The notes under the pieces are model-generated. The model was not told where the DNA came from and did no database searches. It was given only the letters and a program-made list of their open reading frames with translations. Below are positions 1 through 8,506 of a DNA stretch of 55,792 nt, piece by piece. Each line of letters opens with the position of its first letter. The first letter of the stretch is position 1. Both the position numbers and the translations under genes were made by a program. The stretch comes from a virus (lineage: Duplodnaviria > Caudoviricetes), in IMG/VR virus record IMGVR_UViG_3300048592_000081, positions 1-55,792 of that record. One strand, written 5' to 3'.

Positions 1-106
1 CCAGGTGAGGGCTTGGTCCTGCTGCGCGCTGCCGAGCGTGTTCCAGGTGAGGGCTTGGTCCTGCTGCGCGCTGCCGAGCGTGTTCCAGGTGAGGGCTTGG
101 TCCTGC
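1..106. repeat. 42-bp tandem repeat (~2.5 copies), coding
   Basis: Unit CCAGGTGAGGGCTTGGTCCTGCTGCGCGCTGCCGAGCGTGTT; encodes NTLGSAQQDQALTW on the minus strand. Confidence 0.97.
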
Positions 107-396
107 GTGACTTGCCCGTTGGTCGTGAACTCCCCGACCTCAACCGTCGCGTAGTCCAGCTCGACGTCATCGTAGATTGTCCAGGCGACCTTGTAGGCCG
201 TGCCGGCGCTGAGAGTGATCGCCGTCGATTCGGTGATCGTGCCGGAGCCGAACTCTGCCGCGAAAGCCTCCGAGCCCGCAGTAACGCCCGTCGCGGACCC
301 GTTGCTCTGCTGCCCGTTGCGGACTTGCAGCCCGCTCGGCGGCGTGCCGGTGTAATCGGCAGCGGCAACGACGATCCAGTAGGCGATGCGGGCCAT
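1..396 (-). CDS. 5' part of a fibre-like virion protein (Ig/FN3-like N-domain then 14-aa Trp repeats); continues across the window junction into 55791..54958
   Basis: ATG at 396, 1 nt after the TGA of the upstream gene. Open to position 1: MARIAYWIVV...AGTAYKVAW...EFTT then (QDQALTWNTLGSAQ)n. The same repeat, in the same phase, opens the 55791..54958 frame. Confidence 0.8.
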   Translation of the reverse strand, partial: MARIAYWIVVAAADYTGTPPSGLQVRNGQQSNGSATGVTAGSEAFAAEFGSGTITESTAITLSAGTAYKVAWTIYDDVELDYATVEVGEFTTNGQVTQDQALTWNTLGSAQQDQALTWNTLGSAQQDQALTW

Positions 397-397
397 G

Positions 398-1228
398 TCA
401 GAACGTGTAGCTCACGCGCGGCTGATAGGTGTTGCCGCCCGCAGGGACGAGAGTCGCGGCGGAAAGGGTGGGATGGGTGTAGCCGGATGGTGCGGCGTAG
501 GGGACGATGATCTGGCGGGGGGCGCATAGCTGCCACGGGTTATCGAATAACGACAACTGCCATTGCGCCCCTATGTTTATGTTGAACATAAACACAAAAT
601 GGATTGCCCCATAAAACGCGCGACCGCCAGTAATTCTATTCCCAATCGACGGCTGTATGGTTGTTGATGAAATAGTGCTTGTGTTGGAATTTGTATTGTT
701 GTATCGGCCGTTTATGTATAACGTCCGCCCGTTTGAGCCCCACTCGGCGCCATACACAGCGGTTTCATTTTGCCGCGCCGAGGAAGCCGTTGAAATTGCA
801 TCAACTCCCGCAAGCCCAAACCCAAAGCGCCCGCCTGTCCAGTTACCCGCATCGTTACCCAGCACACAGTTAAAAATCGTTGTCGATCCGTCTCTGATGG
901 CAAACAGAGTCGGATACGTGCTGCTTGTCAAGGTGCCGATTGACGCGCCAACGACTAATGACCCGTTGACACCGACTAAGCGGAATTCGTTGTTGTCCGG
1001 GAGGTTGACTATCCCCCCGCCGGAATACGAACCAAAATTTACAGCCCGACCGCCGCCATTGACGCCCGAGGAGATGCCGGAACTCGTCAGCGAGGTGCCT
1101 GCTATGCGAGTAGGGGCGCTGCCGCTCCACAGCCCCACCACATACGGCGCAAGCGGATGATGCGCGTTTAGCACGATCTCCGACGGCGGCTGACGCGCCC
1201 ACGGTCGGCTGACGATCAAGCTCGTCAT
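398..1228 (-). CDS. LamG/concanavalin-A-like lectin-fold virion protein, candidate receptor-binding protein
   Basis: G/S/T/N-rich beta protein with LYING...IGNR...FYGAI LamG-like motifs; core is visibly lower in GC than flanks. Confidence 0.7.
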   Translation of the reverse strand: MTSLIVSRPWARQPPSEIVLNAHHPLAPYVVGLWSGSAPTRIAGTSLTSSGISSGVNGGGRAVNFGSYSGGGIVNLPDNNEFRLVGVNGSLVVGASIGTLTSSTYPTLFAIRDGSTTIFNCVLGNDAGNWTGGRFGFGLAGVDAISTASSARQNETAVYGAEWGSNGRTLYINGRYNNTNSNTSTISSTTIQPSIGNRITGGRAFYGAIHFVFMFNINIGAQWQLSLFDNPWQLCAPRQIIVPYAAPSGYTHPTLSAATLVPAGGNTYQPRVSYTF

Positions 1229-1671
1229 TACGCAGTCGTCGCGGTGATGTTGGCCTGATAGACGTTGCCGCTTGTCAGGGCGACGCCCATGTCGTTCTTC
1301 GCCACGAGCTTCAAGTAGCGCGTGATCGGCACCCCGGCGTCGCGCAGGCTGAAGAACTTCCGGTGGTCGTTTGTGTCGTTGGTCGGCAGCACGCCGATCA
1401 GGTGCAGATCGGCTTCCCCAGTCGCGGTCGTGCCGGACTCCGGGCCGCTGCCGTAGTTCGTGTTATCAAGAGACAACTTGGCGAACAGTACCAACTGCTT
1501 GTTACCGCTCGGCGTGCCGTTCGGGTTGCACTCGACCTCGAACACGACATCGAACGGGATTGAGGCGCCAAGGTCGATGGCCGATGACGTGACGTAGGTT
1601 GCGCTGGCGAGCGTGCCCAGCGCCAGGACCGCGCTGCTGCGAGTGCCTTGGGTAAATGTGGTCGTTGCCAT
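1228..1671 (-). CDS. putative virion structural protein
   Basis: 147-aa beta-rich ORF coupled to its neighbours in the fibre module. Confidence 0.7.
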   Translation of the reverse strand: MATTTFTQGTRSSAVLALGTLASATYVTSSAIDLGASIPFDVVFEVECNPNGTPSGNKQLVLFAKLSLDNTNYGSGPESGTTATGEADLHLIGVLPTNDTNDHRKFFSLRDAGVPITRYLKLVAKNDMGVALTSGNVYQANITATTA

Positions 1672-1679
1672 TCAGCGCC

Positions 1680-2171
1680 TCACAGACTGATTGCGCGCAC
1701 GATGTCGTAGCCGGTCACCTGGCCCTCAAAGACCATAAGCCCAGGCTCGGCATCGCTACCGATGCCAGTGGCGAACAGCTTCTCTCCACGGGTCGCCGGC
1801 CGCTTGCAGTGGACATACACGGCGGCGCGGACAGCCAAATCAGCCGCCGTGCCCTTCCATACCTCGTCGATGCCGGCGCGTACGTTGGGCTTGCTCGGGT
1901 TGATGGCGCGCGCCTCATTGCCAAACAGCCACACCCAGATGCGCGCCTTTCCGACCGCGAGGTTGTCCACCCGCACCCAGTCGAAGCCGTTCAGCATGAT
2001 TTCGTCTTGCGTCACGGCGGTGCGCCACACGATGAACTCGGGCGAGGCCGCGCCGTTGAACCACTCGGCCATCGCGCCGGTGGCACCCGAATCCCGGTAG
2101 CCCACGAACTCAGGGTCAGTCTCAGCCGCAATCGCAGCGGCGAGGGTCGTCAGTTGTGCATCAGTCAGCAT
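1680..2171 (-). CDS. hypothetical phage protein
   Basis: 163-aa ORF with GAGGAAGG SD, operon-consistent. Confidence 0.75.
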   Translation of the reverse strand: MLTDAQLTTLAAAIAAETDPEFVGYRDSGATGAMAEWFNGAASPEFIVWRTAVTQDEIMLNGFDWVRVDNLAVGKARIWVWLFGNEARAINPSKPNVRAGIDEVWKGTAADLAVRAAVYVHCKRPATRGEKLFATGIGSDAEPGLMVFEGQVTGYDIVRAISL

Positions 2172-2183
2172 GTCAATCCTTCC

Positions 2184-2471
2184 TCATTGATCCGGCCACG
2201 GTGGATCTCCCCACACGACACGGCCACGGAACAGGCCGGCGTGGCCCCAATACGGCTTGCTTGGCGTGACTGGCTTGTAGCTGACGACCCGTAGCGTTCC
2301 GTCGCGTCGGCCTCGCCCGACGAGTAGGTGGAACGGGCCGCCTTTGATGAAACTCCAACGCCACACATAACGCGGCATTGGGGTCAGAACACCTCGATCC
2401 AAGTTGCGCTTCCAACGCCGATCCAAGCGGCGCTTCAGCAGCACGGCGAAGATCAGACAGTTGGAATGCAT
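2184..2471 (-). CDS. hypothetical basic protein
   Basis: 95-aa ORF filling the gap between co-oriented genes. Confidence 0.55.
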   Translation of the reverse strand: MHSNCLIFAVLLKRRLDRRWKRNLDRGVLTPMPRYVWRWSFIKGGPFHLLVGRGRRDGTLRVVSYKPVTPSKPYWGHAGLFRGRVVWGDPPWPDQ

Positions 2472-2478
2472 TCATGAC

Positions 2479-2976
2479 TCACGCCAGGGTGTCACACTTC
2501 ACGCGAAGCGTTCCACCGTCGTCCGTGTAGGCAGCAGCGGCAGCACCGATCGTCCTGCGAACCCACACGGCCTTGTGCTGGCCGGGCGGGATGTCGCCGA
2601 GCGCCACTGCGGTACCTTCGATCGGTGCAGCCGAGAAGGACACGCCGGAAGGCGCGGTGTTCTCGTTGGCGACGGTCTGCTCTTCACCGTTGATGGCGCT
2701 CGTGCCGGCACCAATGTCGAGTGCACTGTCGGTGCTCGGTGTGTTGGTCTGAATCCAGATGACGGAGTTGAGCATCGTCAGCGTTGCGTGCGAGTTGTGC
2801 ACGTAGAGGCATCGGTACTCGGTATCGCCGGCCGACGCTTCACCGCTGGCAACGGTGTCGAAGAGATCCGCTCCGACTTCGTTCGACGACTTGGCTCCAC
2901 CAAGGGATGCGTCGGGATCGGCATTGGCAGCGCCGCCCGACAGGCGGAAATCGATGTCTGCTGCGACGATGGGCAT
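2479..2976 (-). CDS. putative virion structural (tail-associated) protein
   Basis: AGGAG SD; LSGGAANADPDASLGG...LFD...GDTEYRC...WVRR motif resembles phage tail-region proteins. Confidence 0.75.
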   Translation of the reverse strand: MPIVAADIDFRLSGGAANADPDASLGGAKSSNEVGADLFDTVASGEASAGDTEYRCLYVHNSHATLTMLNSVIWIQTNTPSTDSALDIGAGTSAINGEEQTVANENTAPSGVSFSAAPIEGTAVALGDIPPGQHKAVWVRRTIGAAAAAYTDDGGTLRVKCDTLA

Positions 2977-3045
2977 TTGTGAACTCCTGAACAGGTTGTG
3001 GAACGACCGCCCGAGTCACAACATCGGACAGCCAATTGTAGCGAG

Positions 3046-3348
3046 TCAGTCTCTGACGACGATCTTGACTGGCGTGGTTGAGATGGGGTCGCCATCCGGC
3101 GACGTGGCTCGAACACTCAACTCGTACTCACCGAGTTCGAGCCCTTGCGTTTCTTCAGCACTCAAGCGCAGCCGGCCGACATTGACGAAACCGACGATCC
3201 ATTCAGTCTCCAGGTCAACGGGTGCGCAATTGCTGAACTTCATCGAAGCAGCAAGTCCCCAGCCCGTCATGTCGTACTGCACGCCATCCTCGGTGAACGT
3301 GACTCGAAGCACGAGCGCGTCTCCGCGACGCAGGTTGATGATGCTCAT
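3046..3348 (-). CDS. BppU-N-like Ig-fold adaptor protein
   Basis: ATG 3348 after AGGAGAAGG SD; RRGD...YDMTGW...LSAEET..L..GEY pattern typical of BppU-like domains. Confidence 0.6.
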   Translation of the reverse strand: MSIINLRRGDALVLRVTFTEDGVQYDMTGWGLAASMKFSNCAPVDLETEWIVGFVNVGRLRLSAEETQGLELGEYELSVRATSPDGDPISTTPVKIVVRD

Positions 3349-3349
3349 T

Positions 3350-4513
3350 TCACACCTTCTCCTGAGCCCGAATGTCGTCCTTCTGGCGTGATCCGAAAGA
3401 CGAACCCATCCAGAACTCACGCGCGCCAACGATTGTCGCAACGGCCGCGATCATGACGATGTTGTCCAAGGTCGATTCGGTGATCTTCCCGGCCCAGGCA
3501 AGCAGGCCGATGCTGGTCCAGGACGAAAAGATCAGCACCAACGTCAGGAACTCAATGAAGGTGAAGCGTCCAACGACGGTACGGACGTCCTGCATCTGAG
3601 CATTCTCGACCGCATAGCGGCGAGCACGATCGACACTTTCCTCGTGCGCCTCGAAGATGTCGAACCAATTGGCTTGTACAGCCTCACGAACGGCTTGCGC
3701 TGCCTGCGGATCTGCTGAGATGATCTCGGCAAGAGCCTGCTCGTTCTGCGCCCCCGTGGCCGCCTTTGCAACTTCCAAGACCTTCTCGACGGTCTGAGCT
3801 TGGCGTTCGGCCTTTTCCCCGTTTTTCCCCCACATTCGGACGAGATCAGGGACGACATTCAGCAATGCCGGAATGGCGAGTTTCGCAACGGGTGGCAGGG
3901 GCATTTCGGACTCCTTTGGAATGTGGATCGTCTCGATCGGCGCAGGCTTGTTGGTAGAAGCACCAAGAACTTGTCGTGCGATTTCCCAGCGGCGCTCACG
4001 ATCGGCAGCGCCGTTCTGACCACCGTTGATGCGCAGCGTGATCAACTTGAAGTCGCCGCGATCGGCCAGTTCGTTGAGACCTTTCCAGTCCCAATAATCG
4101 GCTGCCGACCATGCCGCCCACTTCGGCTCTGCGAGCTTTTCAGGATCAGCCTCGAAGTCCGGGACAGCCGAACCAAAGTGCTTCCGAAGCCGGTCTCGCA
4201 CTGCGGCGTGATTGAACCTGCCAGTGGTTTGAATGAGTCCGTGGCCTTTGTAACGCTCACCGTCGCCGGGCTGCGTGTTCCCTAGATCCTTGCGCCCTTC
4301 GTAGCGTCGCTGCGCTGGCGTAGGCCTCCAAATTTCTTTGCTGTGCTTGAGAGAAACGCTCTCGTGGCCGATCTGCGCAAGAAATGCCGCGAGTCTGTCC
4401 GGCGTGTTGATCTTGTAGAAGCCACATGCCTCGGACAGCAGCGGCGCGTACAGGTCGGCACGTTCTTGCGTGCAACCTGTCGCAGCCTTTAATGTGTCGG
4501 GGGTGAGAAGCAT
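3350..4513 (-). CDS. GH19 (chitinase-like) endolysin fused to a C-terminal holin-like membrane domain
   Basis: AAFLAQIGHES, YKGHGLIQTTGRFN, A.W..ADYW and INGG.NG GH19 motifs; C-terminal part has two hydrophobic segments followed by FWMGSSFGSRQKD. Confidence 0.85.
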   Translation of the reverse strand: MLLTPDTLKAATGCTQERADLYAPLLSEACGFYKINTPDRLAAFLAQIGHESVSLKHSKEIWRPTPAQRRYEGRKDLGNTQPGDGERYKGHGLIQTTGRFNHAAVRDRLRKHFGSAVPDFEADPEKLAEPKWAAWSAADYWDWKGLNELADRGDFKLITLRINGGQNGAADRERRWEIARQVLGASTNKPAPIETIHIPKESEMPLPPVAKLAIPALLNVVPDLVRMWGKNGEKAERQAQTVEKVLEVAKAATGAQNEQALAEIISADPQAAQAVREAVQANWFDIFEAHEESVDRARRYAVENAQMQDVRTVVGRFTFIEFLTLVLIFSSWTSIGLLAWAGKITESTLDNIVMIAAVATIVGAREFWMGSSFGSRQKDDIRAQEKV

Positions 4514-4541
4514 TGGTTCCTTACCGAGCCTGGAAAGTATT

Positions 4542-5441
4542 TTAGTTCAAGATGTCATAGTTAAATGAGAAATCCTGAACAACGGAACTTTGAATGTCGA
4601 ACGACAGAGTGAAATCGTTGCTTACAGGCGATCTTGATTCAAAGGTAAAGTCAATGCGGTAAGGCTGCAGTGATTCATAACCTTCTCTCACACTGACGAA
4701 CATCAGATATCCAGCAATGACACCGGGCGTGCTTGCTGCAGCAAAGTCGGACGTCATTTGCTGCACAGAGTATTGCCACGACATTGCAGCAATGCCTGTG
4801 TGGGTGGCCTTCAAAACGCCAAGATCGTCGTACACACGGACGGTGTAGGTCTGACCTACCTCCGGGGTGACGTTGGCTTGCGTGTGATCGACCAGGAGGT
4901 CCATCTGCGTCACGCGGTTCCGATGTACCCACGTCAGGTCAAGCTGCGTTGTTGCTCCGCTGATGTCGACGAGGTTGAACCACGGTGATCCATTGGCTTC
5001 GACCTGAGCAGGCGGGTAGGGACGAGGGAACCTGTAGTTGAACGTAAGCCCCTCGGGTGGGCTGTAGGCAATCGGGACCGAGCCGCCCGTCAGAGTCTCA
5101 GGCAATGGCTTCACGCCGATGGTCTCATTGCCCGCATACTCGATTCCATCGGTTGCAACGAAGTCATCGAAGAACCAGATGGTCGTGCCCGCACCGTGGC
5201 TCGCCGGAATGGTGTCTCCGCAGCCGCGCGCAATGCCGAAGTCGCTGCCGGCTTGGCTGACGATGGCAACGATCTCTTCGCCAATCATCGCGGCCGAACC
5301 TAGACGAATGTCGTTCGGAGACGGAGACGTCAGGCCAGTGACCGAGATCAGGGTGTCGAGCGGGCCGATCGCGCCAGTGATGACTGCGGCCGGACAGAAG
5401 GTCAATGACAGATTGCGAGCCGTGTAGTGCGTGTTCGCCAT
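4542..5441 (-). CDS. tail tip protein, distal (C-terminal-type) part
   Basis: ATG 5441 directly after the TGA at 5443; IARGCGDT, RPYPPA and LTWVHRNR motifs usually seen in the C-terminal half of GTA/Chi-type central tail proteins. Confidence 0.75.
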   Translation of the reverse strand: MANTHYTARNLSLTFCPAAVITGAIGPLDTLISVTGLTSPSPNDIRLGSAAMIGEEIVAIVSQAGSDFGIARGCGDTIPASHGAGTTIWFFDDFVATDGIEYAGNETIGVKPLPETLTGGSVPIAYSPPEGLTFNYRFPRPYPPAQVEANGSPWFNLVDISGATTQLDLTWVHRNRVTQMDLLVDHTQANVTPEVGQTYTVRVYDDLGVLKATHTGIAAMSWQYSVQQMTSDFAAASTPGVIAGYLMFVSVREGYESLQPYRIDFTFESRSPVSNDFTLSFDIQSSVVQDFSFNYDILN

Positions 5442-5442
5442 G

Positions 5443-7236
5443 TCAGGCCCCGTAACCACAGTAGTAGGAATCGTCAGGCGGGTTGTCCTCGACCTCTGGC
5501 GCACCGCTGCGCACCGCGACATCCGTGGACAGGTTCAAGGGGTTGCCCTGCTCGATGGCAATGCCGAGATACGCCGAAGTGTTCTCTAGCACGTTGAAAT
5601 CGGCCGTGCTCAAACGACGGTACTGCGTGCGGTAGGGCAACTCGTACAACTGATAGTCGCCAACGCACGGCGTCCAGGTCGGTGGCGTCCAGGTCGGTGG
5701 CCCAATCACCGTGAAGCCGCGCTGCGGAGTCCCAAAGACATCCTGAACAGCCGTGACCTTGATCTTCCCGTCTCGCAGCGTGCCGTAGTCGATCGATGCG
5801 ATCCGCAGAACCATGTCGGGGATGTTCCGCTGCAAGTCCTGAATGCGGACCGCGCCGCCAGGGTAGAGCGAGAACGCACGACGATCGAACGTCAGAGAGA
5901 AACGACGCAAGCCGGGCGCCGCCGCCTTGAGGTCGCGCTTTGCCAGCCGGCTTGCGATCTCTGCAGTCGGAACACCTGGGTATTCTTTCGACAGCACGTT
6001 GATCGAGCCACCCGATGCCTGCAGCGCCGCGAGGTTGGATGCGCGGACAACCCGGTCCTCGTTCGTCACCGGATCACGGTATGTCACGCGGATCTCGTTG
6101 ACCACCTTGGTCGGAGAACTGACCGCAGCCTCGCCAATCTCAAGCAACCCGTTCTCGATGTCGAACAGCGGCAGTTGGTCCTGCTTGTAGTCATCGCGGA
6201 TCAGTCGCAGTGTCAGCAGTCCTTGGCGGTCCTCATAGAGCACCGCACCGATTTGATCAAGCACGGACTGAACGAATGTCTGAATCTCGTCTCGACGCGA
6301 CCAGCGACGGCAGAATCCAAGGTTCTCTGCATAGAGGACGTCGGCTGCTTCCCGGAACGCCGTGTCGTTCAACTTGGCACTCGACAGCCCCCGGCCCCAC
6401 TCGCGGTTCGTCAGCGCTTCGTAGATGACGTGCGCCGGGTTCATCGACTTGATCAGCGTGTCACCAAGACCACCCTCGCCTTCGCCTTCGCCTGCGCCAG
6501 CAAGATCGACGTTCGCCTCGTACTTGATCGTTGTGTACAGCAGAGCGTCGGGCGGGTCCGGTGGCGTCAAAAAGGTGATGACATTGCCTGCCACGGTGTA
6601 GTCCACGCCTGCTACGAGATTCACAATGGCCGAATAGCCGCCGCCCTCGTTGTAGGACCAGTAGTAGTCCTGAATGAGACTGACGGATGTGAGCGTGCCG
6701 GTCAGACCCCTCATTTTGACCGTGTAGTTTGTGCTACGGGCGGATAAACCGATGGCCTCGGAGAAGTTCAACGTGGTGTTGCTGCCCGGCGCATTGCTCT
6801 CGGCTTCGCTTACCGTGCGGATCAGGTTGATGACCGCTGTCTCTGGATACCAGACCGCGCCGTCCCACCCTTGCAGAATGCGGCGATGCCGGAATGCCCA
6901 CTTCTTCGGGTACGGATTGTTCGCACTGATCTGACCGCTGAAGAACAGCGTGAACATGCGACGGAAGCCCGGAAGCGTGCCGAACACGGATGTCATGGAA
7001 GCCGGCGCAACCTGGGTAGGCCCACCCATGAGCACGTCGAGCGTGCCTGCGATGCCACCTTCCTTCTTGTCACCTCCGAACAACTTGCCGGCATCGATGG
7101 TGATCTGCGAGTTCGCCGTCACTGAACCACGCCATGCCCCCTTGTCGCCGACCTTGATCTCGATCAGTTCATCCACGGGGCCACGACCGACACCCATATG
7201 GATGTCGAAGTAGTAGCGGTATCCGATGATTGCCAT
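5443..7236 (-). CDS. central tail tip / hub protein (Phage-tail_3-like)
   Basis: GYRYY, LFGGDKKEGG, NNPYPK, MNPAHVIYE and LRLIRDDY motifs. Confidence 0.85.
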   Translation of the reverse strand: MAIIGYRYYFDIHMGVGRGPVDELIEIKVGDKGAWRGSVTANSQITIDAGKLFGGDKKEGGIAGTLDVLMGGPTQVAPASMTSVFGTLPGFRRMFTLFFSGQISANNPYPKKWAFRHRRILQGWDGAVWYPETAVINLIRTVSEAESNAPGSNTTLNFSEAIGLSARSTNYTVKMRGLTGTLTSVSLIQDYYWSYNEGGGYSAIVNLVAGVDYTVAGNVITFLTPPDPPDALLYTTIKYEANVDLAGAGEGEGEGGLGDTLIKSMNPAHVIYEALTNREWGRGLSSAKLNDTAFREAADVLYAENLGFCRRWSRRDEIQTFVQSVLDQIGAVLYEDRQGLLTLRLIRDDYKQDQLPLFDIENGLLEIGEAAVSSPTKVVNEIRVTYRDPVTNEDRVVRASNLAALQASGGSINVLSKEYPGVPTAEIASRLAKRDLKAAAPGLRRFSLTFDRRAFSLYPGGAVRIQDLQRNIPDMVLRIASIDYGTLRDGKIKVTAVQDVFGTPQRGFTVIGPPTWTPPTWTPCVGDYQLYELPYRTQYRRLSTADFNVLENTSAYLGIAIEQGNPLNLSTDVAVRSGAPEVEDNPPDDSYYCGYGA

Positions 7237-7448
7237 CAGTCTTCCTCGCCGGCCGCTTCAGCCCGCACGCGGGAAGCGATTTCCTTGCCCATTGCGTCAC
7301 CCGTCCCTTCAATCACTTCAACCGGATAGCCGTGCGACAGGAAGTGCTCGAAGTTCAAGCCATGCCGCTGGAACCACATCCGAGCGCCACGGACGCAAAG
7401 CCGCGCATCGCGGACATGCTTGATGGTCACGATCAGTTCGGTCGTCAT
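7236..7448 (-). CDS. small tail assembly protein
   Basis: C..GAR.WF..HGL.F motif conserved in this tail-tip module. Confidence 0.8.
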   Translation of the reverse strand: MTTELIVTIKHVRDARLCVRGARMWFQRHGLNFEHFLSHGYPVEVIEGTGDAMGKEIASRVRAEAAGEED

Positions 7449-7681
7449 TTCTTCCCACCGTCGCCTTCAATGCTCGTGGTGCGGTAGTTCCCGATGCCGA
7501 GGACCATCCAGTCTTCCGACCAGCAGTCGCCGAACGTGACTGCTTGCGGTGTGCCCTCGTCAGCTTGCGGAAAGTCGAACTCGTCGAACGCCGCAGGCTT
7601 CGGCGGCTGTACCTTCGGCATGAGCGCAGCCGAGATGACGACGCTGGCGACGAGTAGGATGATGCCGGTAACGATGTCCAT
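7445..7681 (-). CDS. small tail tip protein with N-terminal hydrophobic segment
   Basis: DFPQADEGTP..V.FG motif; typical position after the BR0599-like gene. Confidence 0.8.
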   Translation of the reverse strand: MDIVTGIILLVASVVISAALMPKVQPPKPAAFDEFDFPQADEGTPQAVTFGDCWSEDWMVLGIGNYRTTSIEGDGGKK

Positions 7682-7690
7682 GTCTGAGCC

Positions 7691-8506
7691 TCAGAAAACC
7701 GGATCGCCATCGAAAGGTGACTTGCCGGGCAAGCCCGGTACTCCACCGTAATTGTCGTAGTTCGAGAATTCTTGGCAGTTCTCAGGCGTGAAGTTGCAGC
7801 CAGGGTACGCATCGCCACTAGCCCCGACGTACAACTCGTTCAGATTCGTCAATGCCGTCAGAACCGAGCCTTCGTGGATCTCGATCGGGATGTACTCGAT
7901 GCCGCGAATCGGATGGACCCATTCGATGAAGCCTCCGTCAAGATCGCCGTCCGACAGTGCTCCGATGCCGTCCACCGTCAGTTCATTGCCTGAGATCGCA
8001 AGAACCGTGATCGGCGTCGCCCATACTGCCTTGCCGACCTTGCACGTCAGCGGGTCGTAGAGCGCATAGGGACACGACCGCTGCCAGGACAGCCGCAGAC
8101 CCTCGCGCGCCAAGGTGGCCGATAGCGTCTCGCAGATGATCCGCGCGGCTCCGGGCAATGGGTAATTGACCTGACTGACCTCACCCGAGTAGAAAACCTG
8201 CGTCTCGACACTGCCCTCGTGCTTGCCGAGGATCGTCAACTCGATGGCTTGCGATGGTGCACCACGCATGAACACCTGGGCGGGGCCGATCCATGACGGG
8301 GCATTGAGCGTCAGCATGTCGGCTGCAGCCTCACCGGATTGCCGCACGCCATCGTCGCTGATCGCCGCTGCCTTGTATGTGTTGCCGCCGACATCGAGGT
8401 CTTCGTCGGCCGAGGTATAGCGCCACACCGTCGAGCCGAACGTGAAGACGTAGAGCGAGACCGGCCTGCCGTCCTCGATCGATGATTCGAGTGTGTTGAA
8501 GGTCAT
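7691..8506 (-). CDS. BR0599/DUF2163-family tail hub protein (gpL-like, Cys cluster)
   Basis: WRYTSAD, WQRSCPYALYD...C, YPGC...C..F.N..NYGG.P motifs. Confidence 0.85.
   Translation of the reverse strand: MTFNTLESSIEDGRPVSLYVFTFGSTVWRYTSADEDLDVGGNTYKAAAISDDGVRQSGEAAADMLTLNAPSWIGPAQVFMRGAPSQAIELTILGKHEGSVETQVFYSGEVSQVNYPLPGAARIICETLSATLAREGLRLSWQRSCPYALYDPLTCKVGKAVWATPITVLAISGNELTVDGIGALSDGDLDGGFIEWVHPIRGIEYIPIEIHEGSVLTALTNLNELYVGASGDAYPGCNFTPENCQEFSNYDNYGGVPGLPGKSPFDGDPVF

Noticed and set aside
1-106. 42-bp repeats as a CRISPR array or terminal repeat
   Set aside because: Head-to-tail units with no spacers, length a multiple of 3 and in frame within a gene; no cas operon. The end overlap is explained by the tandem array.
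394-400. RF2-like +1 frameshift at TGA-C-ATG junctions (also 5439-5445 and 13072-13078)
   Set aside because: Codons before the stops (TTC, GCC, GGC) do not allow good +1 re-pairing; simple translational coupling suffices.
13-510. Plus-strand 165-aa ORF
   Set aside because: Antisense shadow of the minus-strand fibre and lectin genes.
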